A stretch of 59,888 bases of DNA, the filler included. It is 7 parts of 7 records of this genome, joined end to end, with 100 filler letters (N's around TTAATTAATTAA, not from the genome) between each part and the next. Parts side by side here need not be neighbours in the genome. Positions count along the whole stretch, not along the records: positions 20,517 to 26,777 come from SRR31156797_35112; positions 26,878 to 32,654 come from SRR31156797_35127; 5 more parts are not named here. One strand, 5' to 3'. Shown here one piece after another: positions 22,122-32,258 of the stretch. Under the pieces are notes generated by a model. That model saw nothing but the letters and a program-made list of their open reading frames with translations, had not been told where the DNA came from and searched no databases. A program made the position numbers and the translations under genes. Numbering within the stretch: position 1 is the first letter of the stretch; every line of letters starts with the position of its first letter.

Positions 22122-24203
22122 TCAATTGTTTTTCAAAACAGCCATGCCGCCGTCGTATGATGACAGGACAAAGCTTTCATCCGGAGCGGTTATGGCAGAA
22201 TCCTGCCAGGCGCCGTCCAGCCGGTATATCGAATAATCGTTCCGCAGAACGAAAAGGGTTTCGTTGATGACGGTCAGCGAGAGGCTGTCTGCCGGGCTGC
22301 CGATGGTGTTCCAGCTTCCGCCGTCCAGAGCGTAGAGGTTATCGACGGTCAGAAGGTAGAGCGTCTCTGACGATGCCGCCAGAGAGATACCGCCTGCCGG
22401 GACCGTTGAAAGATGGGCCTGCCATGAGGCGCCGTTGCGGTAGTAGAGGGTGTCATCGGAGGTATAAACCCAGAGGCTGTCGTCGTATACAGTAAGAGCG
22501 GCGGGGTTGGCGGGGGTAGAAAATCCCATCTCCATCCAGGCTGAATCAAAATAGAACAGAGCGCCGTCGGAATTGAGGTTGTAGAGGGTGTTCTCTCCCC
22601 AGGTCAGGTCTATAGTGCCGACTGCCGGAGTGGGCAGGCTGAACCAGGAGCCTCCGTCGTTGTAGAGAGTCGAAGGAGGTACAGGCTCCCCGGGAGCGTA
22701 GACCGTAACATTCACCGTATCTTCTGCGGTCACACTTCCGTCGTCAACTATGACTTTAATAATATAATTGGTGTCCGATGCTGGGGCTGCCGAGAAGGTG
22801 AAGGTGGATGCTGTTGCCCCATCCACCAGTTCCGTGCCGTCTGTCCCGGTATACCACTGGAAGGTCAGGGAATCACCATCATCATCACTGTATGTCGTAT
22901 TGAAAGTAAAAGACTCTCCATTGGCCAGGTTTTGATCTGTCTCATCAATGGATATGGATGGGGCACTGTTCTCGGGAGCCTGTACCGTTACAGATGCGGT
23001 GTCATCAACCGTGCTGGTACCATCTGTGACTTCCACTTTTATGGTGTAGGAGGTCTCAGATTCAGGTTCGGCGGAGAAGATAAAGGTTGAGCCTGTCTGT
23101 CCGACCTGCTCCTCAGTGCCGACAAACCATTTGTAGCTCAGGGAATCCTCTTCCGGATCTGTTGCGGTTGTGGTCAGGGTGAGTTCGACTCCATTTGAGA
23201 TAGTCGTGCTTGCGGGACTCAAGGAGACTGACGGAGGTTGATTGGCATCGGCGCCGGCCACAGTTATGGCCGAGCTTCTTTCTACAGCGGTGTTCGTGCC
23301 GTCGTATACGGCAACCTTGATGGCATAGGTTGTCTCGTCCTCCGGTGTATCCGAGAAAATGAAGGAATCTTCGGTTTGACCGCTCTGCTCCTGATCATTT
23401 ACAAACCAGGTGTAGCTCAATGAGTCTTCATCCGGATCGGAGGCCTCTGCGGTCAGAGTTATCTGAGCACCGTTTGCAATGGTGTCGGATGCGGGGCTCA
23501 AGGAGACTGATGGAGGCTGATTGTCATTTAGACCGACGACGGTTATGGATGCGGTATCCTCTACGCTGCTGATTCCGTCGGAGACGGTGACCTTGATCTC
23601 ATAGACTTTTTCGGTGTCCGGGGTGGCGGAGAATACAAAGCTGGCGCCGGTCTCTCCTGTCTGCTCCGTGTCATCGACATACCAGCTGTACGACAGGACG
23701 TCACCCTCGTCGTCGGAGGTCGAAGCCATCAGGGTTAGGGGAGCACCGTTTCCGATAGTATCACTCTCGGGAGTCAAATTGACCGTGGGCGGATTATTAA
23801 CCTCCGTCTGGACGGTGATCGATACCTCCCTCTCCAGAGTAAAAGCTCCATCAGAGATCCTCACCGTTATCGTATAGGTTGTTTCCACAGAAGGGGTGGC
23901 GAAAAAGAGGAAACTGTCGTCTGTTGTTCCAGACTGGAGGACGTTGTCTACCAGCCATTCGAAGGTGAGTGGGACGCCTTCAGGATCCTCCGCCGCAACA
24001 CTGATCGTTATCTGGGCTCCGGAAGTGATGATCTGCGCCGTGTTGTCGAAGGTTATGACCGGCTGCTGATTATCCGGATCCCCGGCGGGTTCATAGTACT
24101 CATCTATCGGGTTATAGCGGCCTTGGGGGGTCGTGAATTCCTCACAGGATGTTACGAGGGAGAGAAGAACGAGGAGGACGATTATAAATACCGTTCTTTT
24201 CAT
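22122..24203 (-). CDS. Lipoprotein with five tandem Ig/PKD-like repeats and a C-terminal propeller-like region
   Basis: LVTSC lipobox; five ~90-aa N.PP...DPE.D.LSY.W...TY.IKV.V.DG repeats; Trp-containing short repeats at the C-terminus. Confidence 0.8.
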   Translation of the reverse strand: MKRTVFIIVLLVLLSLVTSCEEFTTPQGRYNPIDEYYEPAGDPDNQQPVITFDNTAQIITSGAQITISVAAEDPEGVPLTFEWLVDNVLQSGTTDDSFLFFATPSVETTYTITVRISDGAFTLEREVSITVQTEVNNPPTVNLTPESDTIGNGAPLTLMASTSDDEGDVLSYSWYVDDTEQTGETGASFVFSATPDTEKVYEIKVTVSDGISSVEDTASITVVGLNDNQPPSVSLSPASDTIANGAQITLTAEASDPDEDSLSYTWFVNDQEQSGQTEDSFIFSDTPEDETTYAIKVAVYDGTNTAVERSSAITVAGADANQPPSVSLSPASTTISNGVELTLTTTATDPEEDSLSYKWFVGTEEQVGQTGSTFIFSAEPESETSYTIKVEVTDGTSTVDDTASVTVQAPENSAPSISIDETDQNLANGESFTFNTTYSDDDGDSLTFQWYTGTDGTELVDGATASTFTFSAAPASDTNYIIKVIVDDGSVTAEDTVNVTVYAPGEPVPPSTLYNDGGSWFSLPTPAVGTIDLTWGENTLYNLNSDGALFYFDSAWMEMGFSTPANPAALTVYDDSLWVYTSDDTLYYRNGASWQAHLSTVPAGGISLAASSETLYLLTVDNLYALDGGSWNTIGSPADSLSLTVINETLFVLRNDYSIYRLDGAWQDSAITAPDESFVLSSYDGGMAVLKNN

Positions 24204-24215
24204 ATTTCTCTCTCC

Positions 24216-25190
24216 TTATTTTATATTCATGGAATATCCCAGGGTCACCGCCCGGGGGCCTGGATCGTAGAGGGCTATCATCCTTCCGTTGTCCACAGCG
24301 GAGACGTCCGGTTCATCGGCGGAGGAGAGAAGCAGATAGGTGAAGACTCCGGCGATAATCAGGCCGCCTCCGGCGACAGCGCTTCCGATGATCAGATCGG
24401 ATGTAAAAAGATCAAAATTGTCGAGGTATGTGCTGTAGGCATCATCAACGGTTGACTGAGCCGTTCCCTCGGGAAGGGTATCGTATATGTTGAAGCTGTC
24501 TTCCACCTCGCCATTCAGGAAGGAGAGGGCTGTATAGAGCAGGTAGCCTCCGACACCGGCGCTGACGGCTCCGACACCGATGCCTGAGTAGTTTATGATT
24601 TTTCCGATATTCACCGGTTCCTTCTGCGGCTCGTCTGTTGTTTCGGGTGCCGGTTGTGGAACTGGTTCTTCAATGACTTCTTGCGGTTCAGCAGGAGCTT
24701 CTGCGACCGCCGGTTCCGCTTCAACACCCGCCAGTCTGGCGGCCAGGCCGTAGAGATCGTCTATCAGAGTATCCAGGTTCTCGTAGATACCATCCGCCGT
24801 GCTCACTGTTCGGGAGGTGGCTGTTTCCAGCATCTTTACGGCCACAACCAGCCTGGAGCCGACAGGATCTATGGTGCCGACGACGATAAACTCGGCGGAG
24901 AGCATCTTTCCCAACTCGATTTGACAGGCCTCATCGGAACAGCCGCTTAAGGAGAACTCAATCTCGTTCATAACGGCATCCCTCTCAGAGACATCAATAA
25001 CCGTGTATTTGTCTGTCTTAAAGAGTCCGGAGGTCAGGAGGGAGATAATTCCCCTCATTTCTCCTTCTGAAATACCGCTGGCGTCCAGATCGAGCACGGT
25101 GAGGATTGGTTTTTCTTCGGATGTCAGATTTGTGATGCTCAGCAAAAGAAAAACCATAAGGACCATGGTCTTCACTTTTATCTGATTCAT
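24216..25190 (-). CDS. CsgG/TolB-N-like (DUF2380-like) domain protein with C-terminal hydrophobic helices
   Basis: VLDL.A.GIS, ER..VM.E..FSLSGC.DE.C.IELGKML.A..IV.G.I pattern; ATG 25190 preferred. Confidence 0.65.
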   Translation of the reverse strand: MNQIKVKTMVLMVFLLLSITNLTSEEKPILTVLDLDASGISEGEMRGIISLLTSGLFKTDKYTVIDVSERDAVMNEIEFSLSGCSDEACQIELGKMLSAEFIVVGTIDPVGSRLVVAVKMLETATSRTVSTADGIYENLDTLIDDLYGLAARLAGVEAEPAVAEAPAEPQEVIEEPVPQPAPETTDEPQKEPVNIGKIINYSGIGVGAVSAGVGGYLLYTALSFLNGEVEDSFNIYDTLPEGTAQSTVDDAYSTYLDNFDLFTSDLIIGSAVAGGGLIIAGVFTYLLLSSADEPDVSAVDNGRMIALYDPGPRAVTLGYSMNIK

Positions 25191-25197
25191 TATAACA

Positions 25198-25255
25198 AGT
25201 GTAGCATTGGATTTTTTGAAAAACAAGGAAAGTGTTTTTTTTTTTAATTTTTTTT
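25198..25255 (-). promoter_or_regulatory. Sigma70 promoter (near-leaderless) with upstream A8 and A11 tracts
   Basis: TTGTTT-17 nt-TACACT with extended TG, 7 nt before ATG 25190. Confidence 0.55.
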
Positions 25256-25359
25256 GCGTGTGGATGGCCGAACCCTCAAGAAAACCCAGTACGAGTTTTC
25301 CAATTATAGAACAATCCCTTATCTAAACGCCGTCGGACTCCAGGGAGTTCATCCCCGGC

Positions 25360-26184
25360 TTATGTAAGCAGATATCCCCGGTCGACGACGACCGTTTCCC
25401 CGGTGACGGCGGAAGAGAGGGAGGAGGCGAGGTAGACGATGGTGTCCGCCACATCCTCAGGCCGGACGAGGGGAGTCCGGCCCCCGGCTTCCCGAAGGGG
25501 GTTCCGCTTCTCCACCATGGCGGCAAGGTCTGCGGCATACTCCCGGAGTCCTTGGGAGTCTACGAGTCCCGGAGCGACTTCGTTGACCCTGATACCGGCG
25601 GGACCCAGTTCCGCGGCCAGGGAGCGGGTAAAGGCGTGGACCGCCCCTTTGGTGGTATCGTAATGGACGGTCAGGCCGAAGCCCGGATGGAGGGCATTGA
25701 TGCTTGCGGTGTTGATGATTGTCCCCCGATATTTCTCTCCGGGCAGAAGAGTCTGTGCGGCCATCCGTCGGGCGGCTTCCCGGGCGCTGAGGAAGGTGCC
25801 TCTGACGTTGATACGAAAAAGCCGGTCCCACTCTTCGGCGGGAAGGTCGGTCTGTTTCGATTCTGAGAAAATGCCTGAGTTGTTGACAAGAATATCTATC
25901 CGGCCGAACTGTTCCCCGATGGTGTCGAAGAGAGCTTTAACATCCTCCTCATTCCCCACGTCGGCCCGGAAGGCGGCGGCTTCACCGCCGGCGGTATGTA
26001 TTTCTCTGACGGCCTCATCGGCTCCGGCGGAGGAGCTGTTGTAGACGATTACCGTCTTCACCCCCAGGGAGCCGAGCCGCAGACTGATCGCCCGCCCGAT
26101 GTTCACTCCTCCGCCGGTGACGACGGCGGTTTTTCCCGCCAGGCCCAGGAACCGGCCGGCGGATTTCAGTTCATTATCATTCAT
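25360..26184 (-). CDS. Short-chain dehydrogenase/reductase (FabG-like)
   Basis: TGGGVNIG, NNSG, YDTTK, IRVN.VAPG; ATG 26184 preferred over 26343. Confidence 0.92.
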   Translation of the reverse strand: MNDNELKSAGRFLGLAGKTAVVTGGGVNIGRAISLRLGSLGVKTVIVYNSSSAGADEAVREIHTAGGEAAAFRADVGNEEDVKALFDTIGEQFGRIDILVNNSGIFSESKQTDLPAEEWDRLFRINVRGTFLSAREAARRMAAQTLLPGEKYRGTIINTASINALHPGFGLTVHYDTTKGAVHAFTRSLAAELGPAGIRVNEVAPGLVDSQGLREYAADLAAMVEKRNPLREAGGRTPLVRPEDVADTIVYLASSLSSAVTGETVVVDRGYLLT

Positions 26185-26190
26185 GGGATA

Positions 26191-26219
26191 ATAGTAAGGA
26201 TATATGTGCCCTTCGTCAA
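26191..26219 (-). promoter_or_regulatory. Sigma70 promoter giving a leaderless SDR mRNA
   Basis: TTGACG-17 nt-TACTAT-6 nt-ATG; no SD. Confidence 0.65.
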
Positions 26220-26225
26220 ATCCGG

Positions 26226-26777
26226 CTACTCCGTCTGATTGGCTTTGGCCGAGTCTTCGTGTTTTTCCACTCGTCCTGTCGGCTTCTGTTTGTAGACCAG
26301 AGGCTTCTCTTCGAGAAGAGCGCCGGACATAACGGGGATCCATTCCTTATGAGCCTCCATCAGCTCTCGTGTCATCGCCCGGATCTCATCCAGGGTACAG
26401 CTCATTCCCGTCAGCGGGTCCATGGCCATGGCCTGGAAGAGCCGTTCCGGATCCTGCTCCTGGACTGCCAGGACGGCCAGTTCCTGGACATTCAGCTGGG
26501 TCCGGTTCAGGGCCGCCAGATGGGGTGGAATTTCACCCACATGGACCGGCTGGAGGCCGTTTTTATCCACAAGGCAGGGAACTTCAACGACGGCGTCGAA
26601 GGGAAGGTTTTCGATGAGACCTGAGTTCATCACATTTCCGTAGACCACGGTTGTTTCACCGGTTTCCATGGCATGGATGATCTGTGATCCGTATTCGTGG
26701 CTTCGTTCCAGATCGATCGGATCCTCCCAGTCAGCCATCCTCTGCATCTCTTCCTTCCAGTCAGGCCGGTTGTAGAG
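26226..26777 (-). CDS. GH4 family alpha-galactosidase/glucosidase, C-terminal part (5' truncated)
   Basis: S.EYGS.IIHAMETG, YGNV.N.GLI.NLP..AVVEVPCLVD, AM.MDPLT; MelA-like. Confidence 0.88.
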   Translation of the reverse strand, partial: LYNRPDWKEEMQRMADWEDPIDLERSHEYGSQIIHAMETGETTVVYGNVMNSGLIENLPFDAVVEVPCLVDKNGLQPVHVGEIPPHLAALNRTQLNVQELAVLAVQEQDPERLFQAMAMDPLTGMSCTLDEIRAMTRELMEAHKEWIPVMSGALLEEKPLVYKQKPTGRVEKHEDSAKANQTE

Positions 26778-26877
26778 NNNNNNNNNNNNNNNNNNNNNNN
26801 NNNNNNNNNNNNNNNNNNNNNTTAATTAATTAANNNNNNNNNNNNNNNNNNNNNNNNNNNNNNNNNNNNNNNNNNNN
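26778..26877. other. Artificial contig spacer
   Basis: N-run with TTAATTAATTAA. Confidence 0.99.
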
Positions 26878-26879
26878 CT

Positions 26880-27950
26880 GAGGAGACAGAAGAGCTCTAT
26901 TTCCACGAAGGACCTCCCTCTCTTTATAATGGAGGAGCCCTTTCCAACGGCCCTGCCGGGGAATCAGCCTATAGGCCTTCGGCTCATGTCTCCGGGCATG
27001 TTCCCGTGATAGAGGGGACGGCCTCGGTTGCGGCCGTGCCGCCGGTCGAATCCAGGCCCGGAGAGTCCACCCCTGCCGGAGCAATGGCTGTTGAGACCAC
27101 ACCGTCGGAGGAGCTGGATATAGTGATTATTCCCCCGGGCGCTGCCATTCCGGAGTTTGATCTCGATATGCTGTTTATTCATGCCCATCCGGATGATGAA
27201 GCCCTGGATTTCGGCTGTTTGATGAGTCTGGCCGATGCAGGAGGGCTGAAGACGGGGCTGGTGATCTTTACCGACGGCGAAATGGGGCTGGATCTCTACC
27301 CCCAACGTCCGGTTACGGGTATTTATCCTGATCACTCTATGGAAGGTGAAGAACTCGCAGCTGTTCGTTCTCTGGAGGTGGCCCGGGCGGCGGATGTGCT
27401 CGGTGTCGATCTGCTTATCCGCTTCGGGTTGAAAAACCATCCCTACAATGGTAAAGCCGATGAGCTGCCGCCGGAGGAGATCCTTTCCATCTGGGGCGGG
27501 TCCGATCAGCTGGAAGAAACAATTCTGGAAATTATTGAGAAGACAAGGCCCGAGACGGTTGTCGCACCGGATGTTCCCGGCCGGGCGGCGGAACATTTCG
27601 AGCATGAAGCCGTTGGTTTCCTTTCCTCCCGGATTATGCTTTCTTTGGCGCCTGAGGCTGCGGGTGCTCCGCTCCGCTTTATCTCCTGCATCGATCCCCG
27701 GCAGGTTCATCTTTATCCCGAGGCATCGCTCGTTGAGTCAAACCTTCGGGTCAAGAATGGGAAGCCCGAAGGGGCGAAATCGACCCTCAGGGAGGTCCAG
27801 CTCTCCGCTCTGGCCATGCATAAAACCCAGAACGACGCTGCTGTTGTCGGCACTGGTTTCCTTCCGACCTATCCTGCGGAGTATTATCAGATTCAGTTCT
27901 GGCGGAGTGATCAATCCTGGGACGAGTGGATTGCCTCTCTCGTGCCCTAG
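26880..27950 (+). CDS. PIG-L/LmbE family deacetylase (5' truncated)
   Basis: HAHPDDE, TDGE.G, R..E...A..VLG, HFEH, HKTQ; frame is open back to the contig edge. Confidence 0.85.
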   Translation, partial: EETEELYFHEGPPSLYNGGALSNGPAGESAYRPSAHVSGHVPVIEGTASVAAVPPVESRPGESTPAGAMAVETTPSEELDIVIIPPGAAIPEFDLDMLFIHAHPDDEALDFGCLMSLADAGGLKTGLVIFTDGEMGLDLYPQRPVTGIYPDHSMEGEELAAVRSLEVARAADVLGVDLLIRFGLKNHPYNGKADELPPEEILSIWGGSDQLEETILEIIEKTRPETVVAPDVPGRAAEHFEHEAVGFLSSRIMLSLAPEAAGAPLRFISCIDPRQVHLYPEASLVESNLRVKNGKPEGAKSTLREVQLSALAMHKTQNDAAVVGTGFLPTYPAEYYQIQFWRSDQSWDEWIASLVP

Positions 27951-28073
27951 GACTTCCATTGCCGGAGGGGCTCTTCAAAAATATTTGGATTGACAGCGTA
28001 GTCATCGAGGAAGCTTTCCACCGATTTGTTGTTTTTTTCTCAAATAAATGAATAATTATTCGAGGAGGAAAAA

Positions 28074-30038
28074 ATGAACAATGATGCTTTAAAAGCGGCA
28101 GCAACGACTGTCAGAGCCCTTTCCATGGATGCCATTCAGAAGGCAAAATCCGGACACCCCGGTCTTCCCATGGGCTGTGCCGATCTCGGAACCCTTCTCT
28201 ACGGAGAAATTCTCTCGCATAATCCCGCCGATCCCGACTGGGCCAACCGGGACCGATTCGTCCTTTCCGCAGGACACGGATCGATGTTTCTCTACTCCCT
28301 GCTGTACTTAAGCGGTTATGGTCTGACCCTGGATGATATTAAAAACTTCAGGCAGATCGGATCCCTGACCCCCGGTCATCCGGAGTATCGTCACACCAAA
28401 GGTGTTGAGATCACAACAGGTCCTCTTGGCGCCGGTATCTCAAATGTCGTCGGTATGGCCATTGCCCAGGAGATGAACGCCGGACGGTACAACACCGCCG
28501 ATCACAAGATAGTCGATCACTATATCTATGCCCTCGCCGGAGACGGCTGCATGATGGAGGGTGTTTCCTCCGAAGCCTCTTCCCTCGCCGGGCATATGGG
28601 GCTTGGAAAACTCATCGTTTTCTACGACTCCAATTCCATCACCATCGAAGGTTCCACCGAAGTGGCTTTCACCGAAGATGTAGCCGCACGGTATGCCTCC
28701 TACGGCTGGCAGGTCCTTGAAGGGGACGGTCACAATATCGAAGAGATCGCCGGGCTGGTAGAAAAGGCCAAAGCCGAAACCGCCAAACCGACCCTGATCA
28801 AGCTGACCACCATTATTGGTAAGGGTGCCGCTACTTTGGAGGGTTCCCACAAGACCCACGGTGCTCCTCTTGGAGATGAAGAGATTGCCGCCACCCGGAA
28901 GAAACTCGGGATTCCCGAAGGTGAGGATTTCTATGTGGCTCCGGAAGCCGTGGCTTTCTTCAATGAGAAGAAATCCGGCTGGACCGCCGAATACGAGGCC
29001 TGGCAGAAGATGTTTGCTGACTGGGCGGCTGCCAACCCTGAATTGAAAAAAGAGTGGGATGCCTCTTTTGCCGAAAAAGCCGACCTTTCAAAGGTTGATT
29101 TTCCCGGATTTGAAGTCGGGGATGCCATGGCAACCCGGGCCGCCAGTGGAAAGGTTTTGAACGCCCTGGCCGACGGCCTTACCAATCTCGTCGGTGGATC
29201 TGCAGACCTTGGCCCCTCCAATAACACCGCCATGCCCGCCTACGGCGATTTTTCCATTGAAAATCCGAAAGGCCGGACCCTGCACTTCGGTGTCCGGGAA
29301 CATGCCATGGGCGGCGTGGTCAATGGTATGGCTGCCTACGGCGGACTGCGGCCCTTCGGTGCAACCTTCCTTGTTTTTGCCGACTATATGCGGCCCACTA
29401 TCAGGCTGGCTGCTCTTATGAACCTTCCGTCGATTTTTGTCATGACCCATGATTCAATCTACGTCGGAGAAGATGGACCAACCCATCAGCCTATTGAGAC
29501 CATCTCTTCCTTAAGGATTATCCCCAACACCAGAGTGCTCCGGCCCGCTGATGCCCAGGAGACCGAGGCTGCCTGGATCATGGCTATGGAAAGGACCGAC
29601 GGTCCGACGATTCTCTGTCTGACAAGGCAGGGACTTGAGGTTTTTGAAAAGCCCGCCGACTGGAAGGATTCGGTCAGAAAGGGTGCCTACATCGCCAAAG
29701 ACTGCGACGGCACTCCCGATGTCATCGTCGTTGCTACCGGTTCCGAGGTCAATCTGGCCCTCAAGGCCGCTGCCTTAAGCTCTAAAAAGGTGAGAGTTGT
29801 TTCCGTGATTTCCCGGGAGCTTTTCTTCGCCCAGGACAAGGCCTATCAGGAATCACTGATTCCTGCAGGTGTGAGAACCATCGTAACCGAGGTCGGAGTC
29901 TCTTCCGGATGGGAAGGCATTGCTTCCTCTTCCGAAGATCTGCTCTGCATCGACCACTTTGGAGAGTCCGGTCCGGCGACAAAGGTTGCCGAAAAGTTCG
30001 GATTTACCCCGGAGAACCTGGCAAAGCTTATCGGTTAA
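28074..30038 (+). CDS. tkt: Transketolase
   Basis: SGHPGLPMG, DRFVLSAGHGS, GDGCMMEG, FGVREHAM, GEDGPTHQP; GAGGAGG SD. Confidence 0.97.
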   Translation: MNNDALKAAATTVRALSMDAIQKAKSGHPGLPMGCADLGTLLYGEILSHNPADPDWANRDRFVLSAGHGSMFLYSLLYLSGYGLTLDDIKNFRQIGSLTPGHPEYRHTKGVEITTGPLGAGISNVVGMAIAQEMNAGRYNTADHKIVDHYIYALAGDGCMMEGVSSEASSLAGHMGLGKLIVFYDSNSITIEGSTEVAFTEDVAARYASYGWQVLEGDGHNIEEIAGLVEKAKAETAKPTLIKLTTIIGKGAATLEGSHKTHGAPLGDEEIAATRKKLGIPEGEDFYVAPEAVAFFNEKKSGWTAEYEAWQKMFADWAAANPELKKEWDASFAEKADLSKVDFPGFEVGDAMATRAASGKVLNALADGLTNLVGGSADLGPSNNTAMPAYGDFSIENPKGRTLHFGVREHAMGGVVNGMAAYGGLRPFGATFLVFADYMRPTIRLAALMNLPSIFVMTHDSIYVGEDGPTHQPIETISSLRIIPNTRVLRPADAQETEAAWIMAMERTDGPTILCLTRQGLEVFEKPADWKDSVRKGAYIAKDCDGTPDVIVVATGSEVNLALKAAALSSKKVRVVSVISRELFFAQDKAYQESLIPAGVRTIVTEVGVSSGWEGIASSSEDLLCIDHFGESGPATKVAEKFGFTPENLAKLIG

Positions 30039-30097
30039 AAGATTGTTAATTTCAGGGTTCTAATCGGGCCCGCCCGGTCCCTGTGGGACCGGTACAT

Positions 30098-30140
30098 AAA
30101 ACCCCGCGGAGAACAGATTTCTTCGGCGGGGTTTTTCTTT
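30098..30140 (+). terminator. Intrinsic terminator after tkt
   Basis: AAAACCCCGC...GCGGGGTTTTTCTTT. Confidence 0.7.
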
Positions 30141-30228
30141 GATAGAGATAATTGAGCTTACCAAGATGAAATTTGTGGCCATAGGTATTCGATCCCCGGA
30201 AATAAAGGAAACAAAACGCTTGTTTAAA

Positions 30229-30288
30229 GAAGGCATAAAAAAACCACCCCGAGGAATCATCCCACAGGGGTGGGTTTTTTATGCCTTC
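30229..30288. terminator. Long inverted repeat, probable terminator of the convergent gene
   Basis: GAAGGCATAAAAAAACCACCCC / GGGGTGGGTTTTTTATGCCTTC, 22-bp arms. Confidence 0.7.
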
Positions 30289-30323
30289 GATTACACAGGC
30301 TAGATTTTTATATCTGTATTTAT

Positions 30324-32159
30324 TTAGTAATACAGTACGATTTCTTCCTTCTCAGTCTTGTTTCTTATCTTGATAAACAGTGACTGGCTCTTCGGATCGT
30401 AATACCATCCGGAGTAGTAGCGGTAGAAAACGGGGTCCGGTTTCCAGTTCAGCCCCAGCATCGACATTCTCTTGAAGGGGGCGACGCCCTGGATCAGTAC
30501 GTAGTGGATGATGCCGGGCTGATAGTCGAAGGAGTACTTCACTTCGCTGCCGTTCCGGGTGACTTCCACGTTTTCGGCGGCGGTGAATATCCAGCTTCCC
30601 GGTGTTCCTTCGGGGGAAGCGGAGTACTCCCGGGGGGTGTAGGGACCGGAGGCTATCAGGGGGTAAATCTCTTCCGGCGGGACCGCGCCGCTGGAGTGAA
30701 TTTGTCCGTTGTCAAAGGTCAGGAGGGAGGGGATTATCCCGAGGATATCCGACATCTTGAGGGAGGAGTAAACCAGTTCCATTCCCAGGACCCCGAGGAT
30801 ATTCCGTTCCAGGAGCTCTCCTGCGGTCTGAAAATAGGTGCCGGTCGTTAACGAAAGGAGAAGGGGCGACTGTTCTTCCTTGGAAACCAGGAAGAATCCT
30901 TCCTGAAGGACCCTGAGCCGGGGCAGCAGATCGGTGGTGATAATCTGGTCAACCTCTGCCGTCAGTTCCTGATCGGTCTCTCCGTTTTCGATCCTGTCCA
31001 GGTAGTACTTCAGCAGACCGGAAAGAGCTCTCGTGCTCATGTTCGATCGATCCGCCAGGGTGGCCAGAATACTCAGTTCTTCCCTTCTGTCCTCCGCCAT
31101 ATGGCGGTAGATTGTGCTGTAGAGATTATGGTTGATGAATATTTCCGGATCCTCACTGTTGATCATCCGCTCCAGGTTCTGGATCAGGGCCGTTTCATTT
31201 CTCATCTCCGCCTGGCTTACCTTGATGATATCTCCCAGGTAGGGCAGGGTGTTTATCGACAGGGTTCCGGGGTTTCTCGCTGCCGCGGCTTCCATCCTTT
31301 CCAGCTGACTTCGGAACTGCCCTTCGGCCATGGCGGTTGAGAGAAGGATCGCGGCTATCTCTTCACTGAAACGCTCTTCCCCTTCGGGCATTAACCAGAC
31401 ACCTTTATTTTGATCAAACCGGCTGTTCCGGAATCCTTCCATGGCGCGTGAGAGGTAATCGTCCAGAAAGAGGCTGTACTCCTCTTCGGTCAGGAGATCT
31501 GCCTTTTTGGAAAACCAGAAGGAGAGGGGATCCCGTATCTCTTCGGTTTTCTCCACAAGAACGGCCTCGATCCCGCTGACACCGCAAGGCAGGGAGATTC
31601 TTCCATTCTCTTCATCCAGGATGGCTCCCATGGGAAGGGTCAGCATGGTGACTTCTCCGCTCCTCTGATCGTTGACAGAAAAAATGGGAAGACCGCCTGT
31701 TGAATCAATATTGAAATCCCTGGCCAGATTAAAAGGGATGGAGACACTTTTAATCGAGGAAAAATCATTGAAATCGATGCTCATGGCCACGGATTGGCTG
31801 TTTTCCTCATCCGGCGTCAGGACCAGGGTCAGCCCGGAGGTCATCTCAATTTCCAATCGGCTTCCCGTATTCCGGTATCGGGAGGGTTCTGCCTTGTGAA
31901 CCAGGCCGTCGGTGGAGTAAATACGGATGGGATTTTTATTATCCAGGGGGAAGAGGATTCCTGTACCGAAAATCTGCAGATCACTGATATTGTCATCGCC
32001 GCCGAGGGGGTTTTTGGAGATCTGCCCCATGGCGGTCAGGTGAGAAACGGTGGAGGTGAAAGTGTCCACTCCGGAAAACTGTAAATAGATAAATACGGCA
32101 ATGATCCCGGCATACAGCACCGGCACCAGATAAAGTGCTTTTGGAACTTTTGTTTTCAT
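30324..32159 (-). CDS. Hypothetical membrane-anchored protein
   Basis: 611-aa ORF, N-terminal TM, no recognised motif. Confidence 0.75.
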   Translation of the reverse strand: MKTKVPKALYLVPVLYAGIIAVFIYLQFSGVDTFTSTVSHLTAMGQISKNPLGGDDNISDLQIFGTGILFPLDNKNPIRIYSTDGLVHKAEPSRYRNTGSRLEIEMTSGLTLVLTPDEENSQSVAMSIDFNDFSSIKSVSIPFNLARDFNIDSTGGLPIFSVNDQRSGEVTMLTLPMGAILDEENGRISLPCGVSGIEAVLVEKTEEIRDPLSFWFSKKADLLTEEEYSLFLDDYLSRAMEGFRNSRFDQNKGVWLMPEGEERFSEEIAAILLSTAMAEGQFRSQLERMEAAAARNPGTLSINTLPYLGDIIKVSQAEMRNETALIQNLERMINSEDPEIFINHNLYSTIYRHMAEDRREELSILATLADRSNMSTRALSGLLKYYLDRIENGETDQELTAEVDQIITTDLLPRLRVLQEGFFLVSKEEQSPLLLSLTTGTYFQTAGELLERNILGVLGMELVYSSLKMSDILGIIPSLLTFDNGQIHSSGAVPPEEIYPLIASGPYTPREYSASPEGTPGSWIFTAAENVEVTRNGSEVKYSFDYQPGIIHYVLIQGVAPFKRMSMLGLNWKPDPVFYRYYSGWYYDPKSQSLFIKIRNKTEKEEIVLYY

Positions 32160-32167
32160 ATCCGCTT

Positions 32168-32196
32168 AGTTTAGCAATCCCGTGACAATTGTTCAA
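32168..32196 (-). promoter_or_regulatory. Sigma70 promoter, near-leaderless
   Basis: TTGAAC-17 nt-TAAACT (extended TG)-8 nt-ATG. Confidence 0.6.
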
Positions 32197-32258
32197 CTTG
32201 TCTAAAAGACTCAGGATCTATATATTACTAAAGACTTCAATAATATGGTTGGATAATA

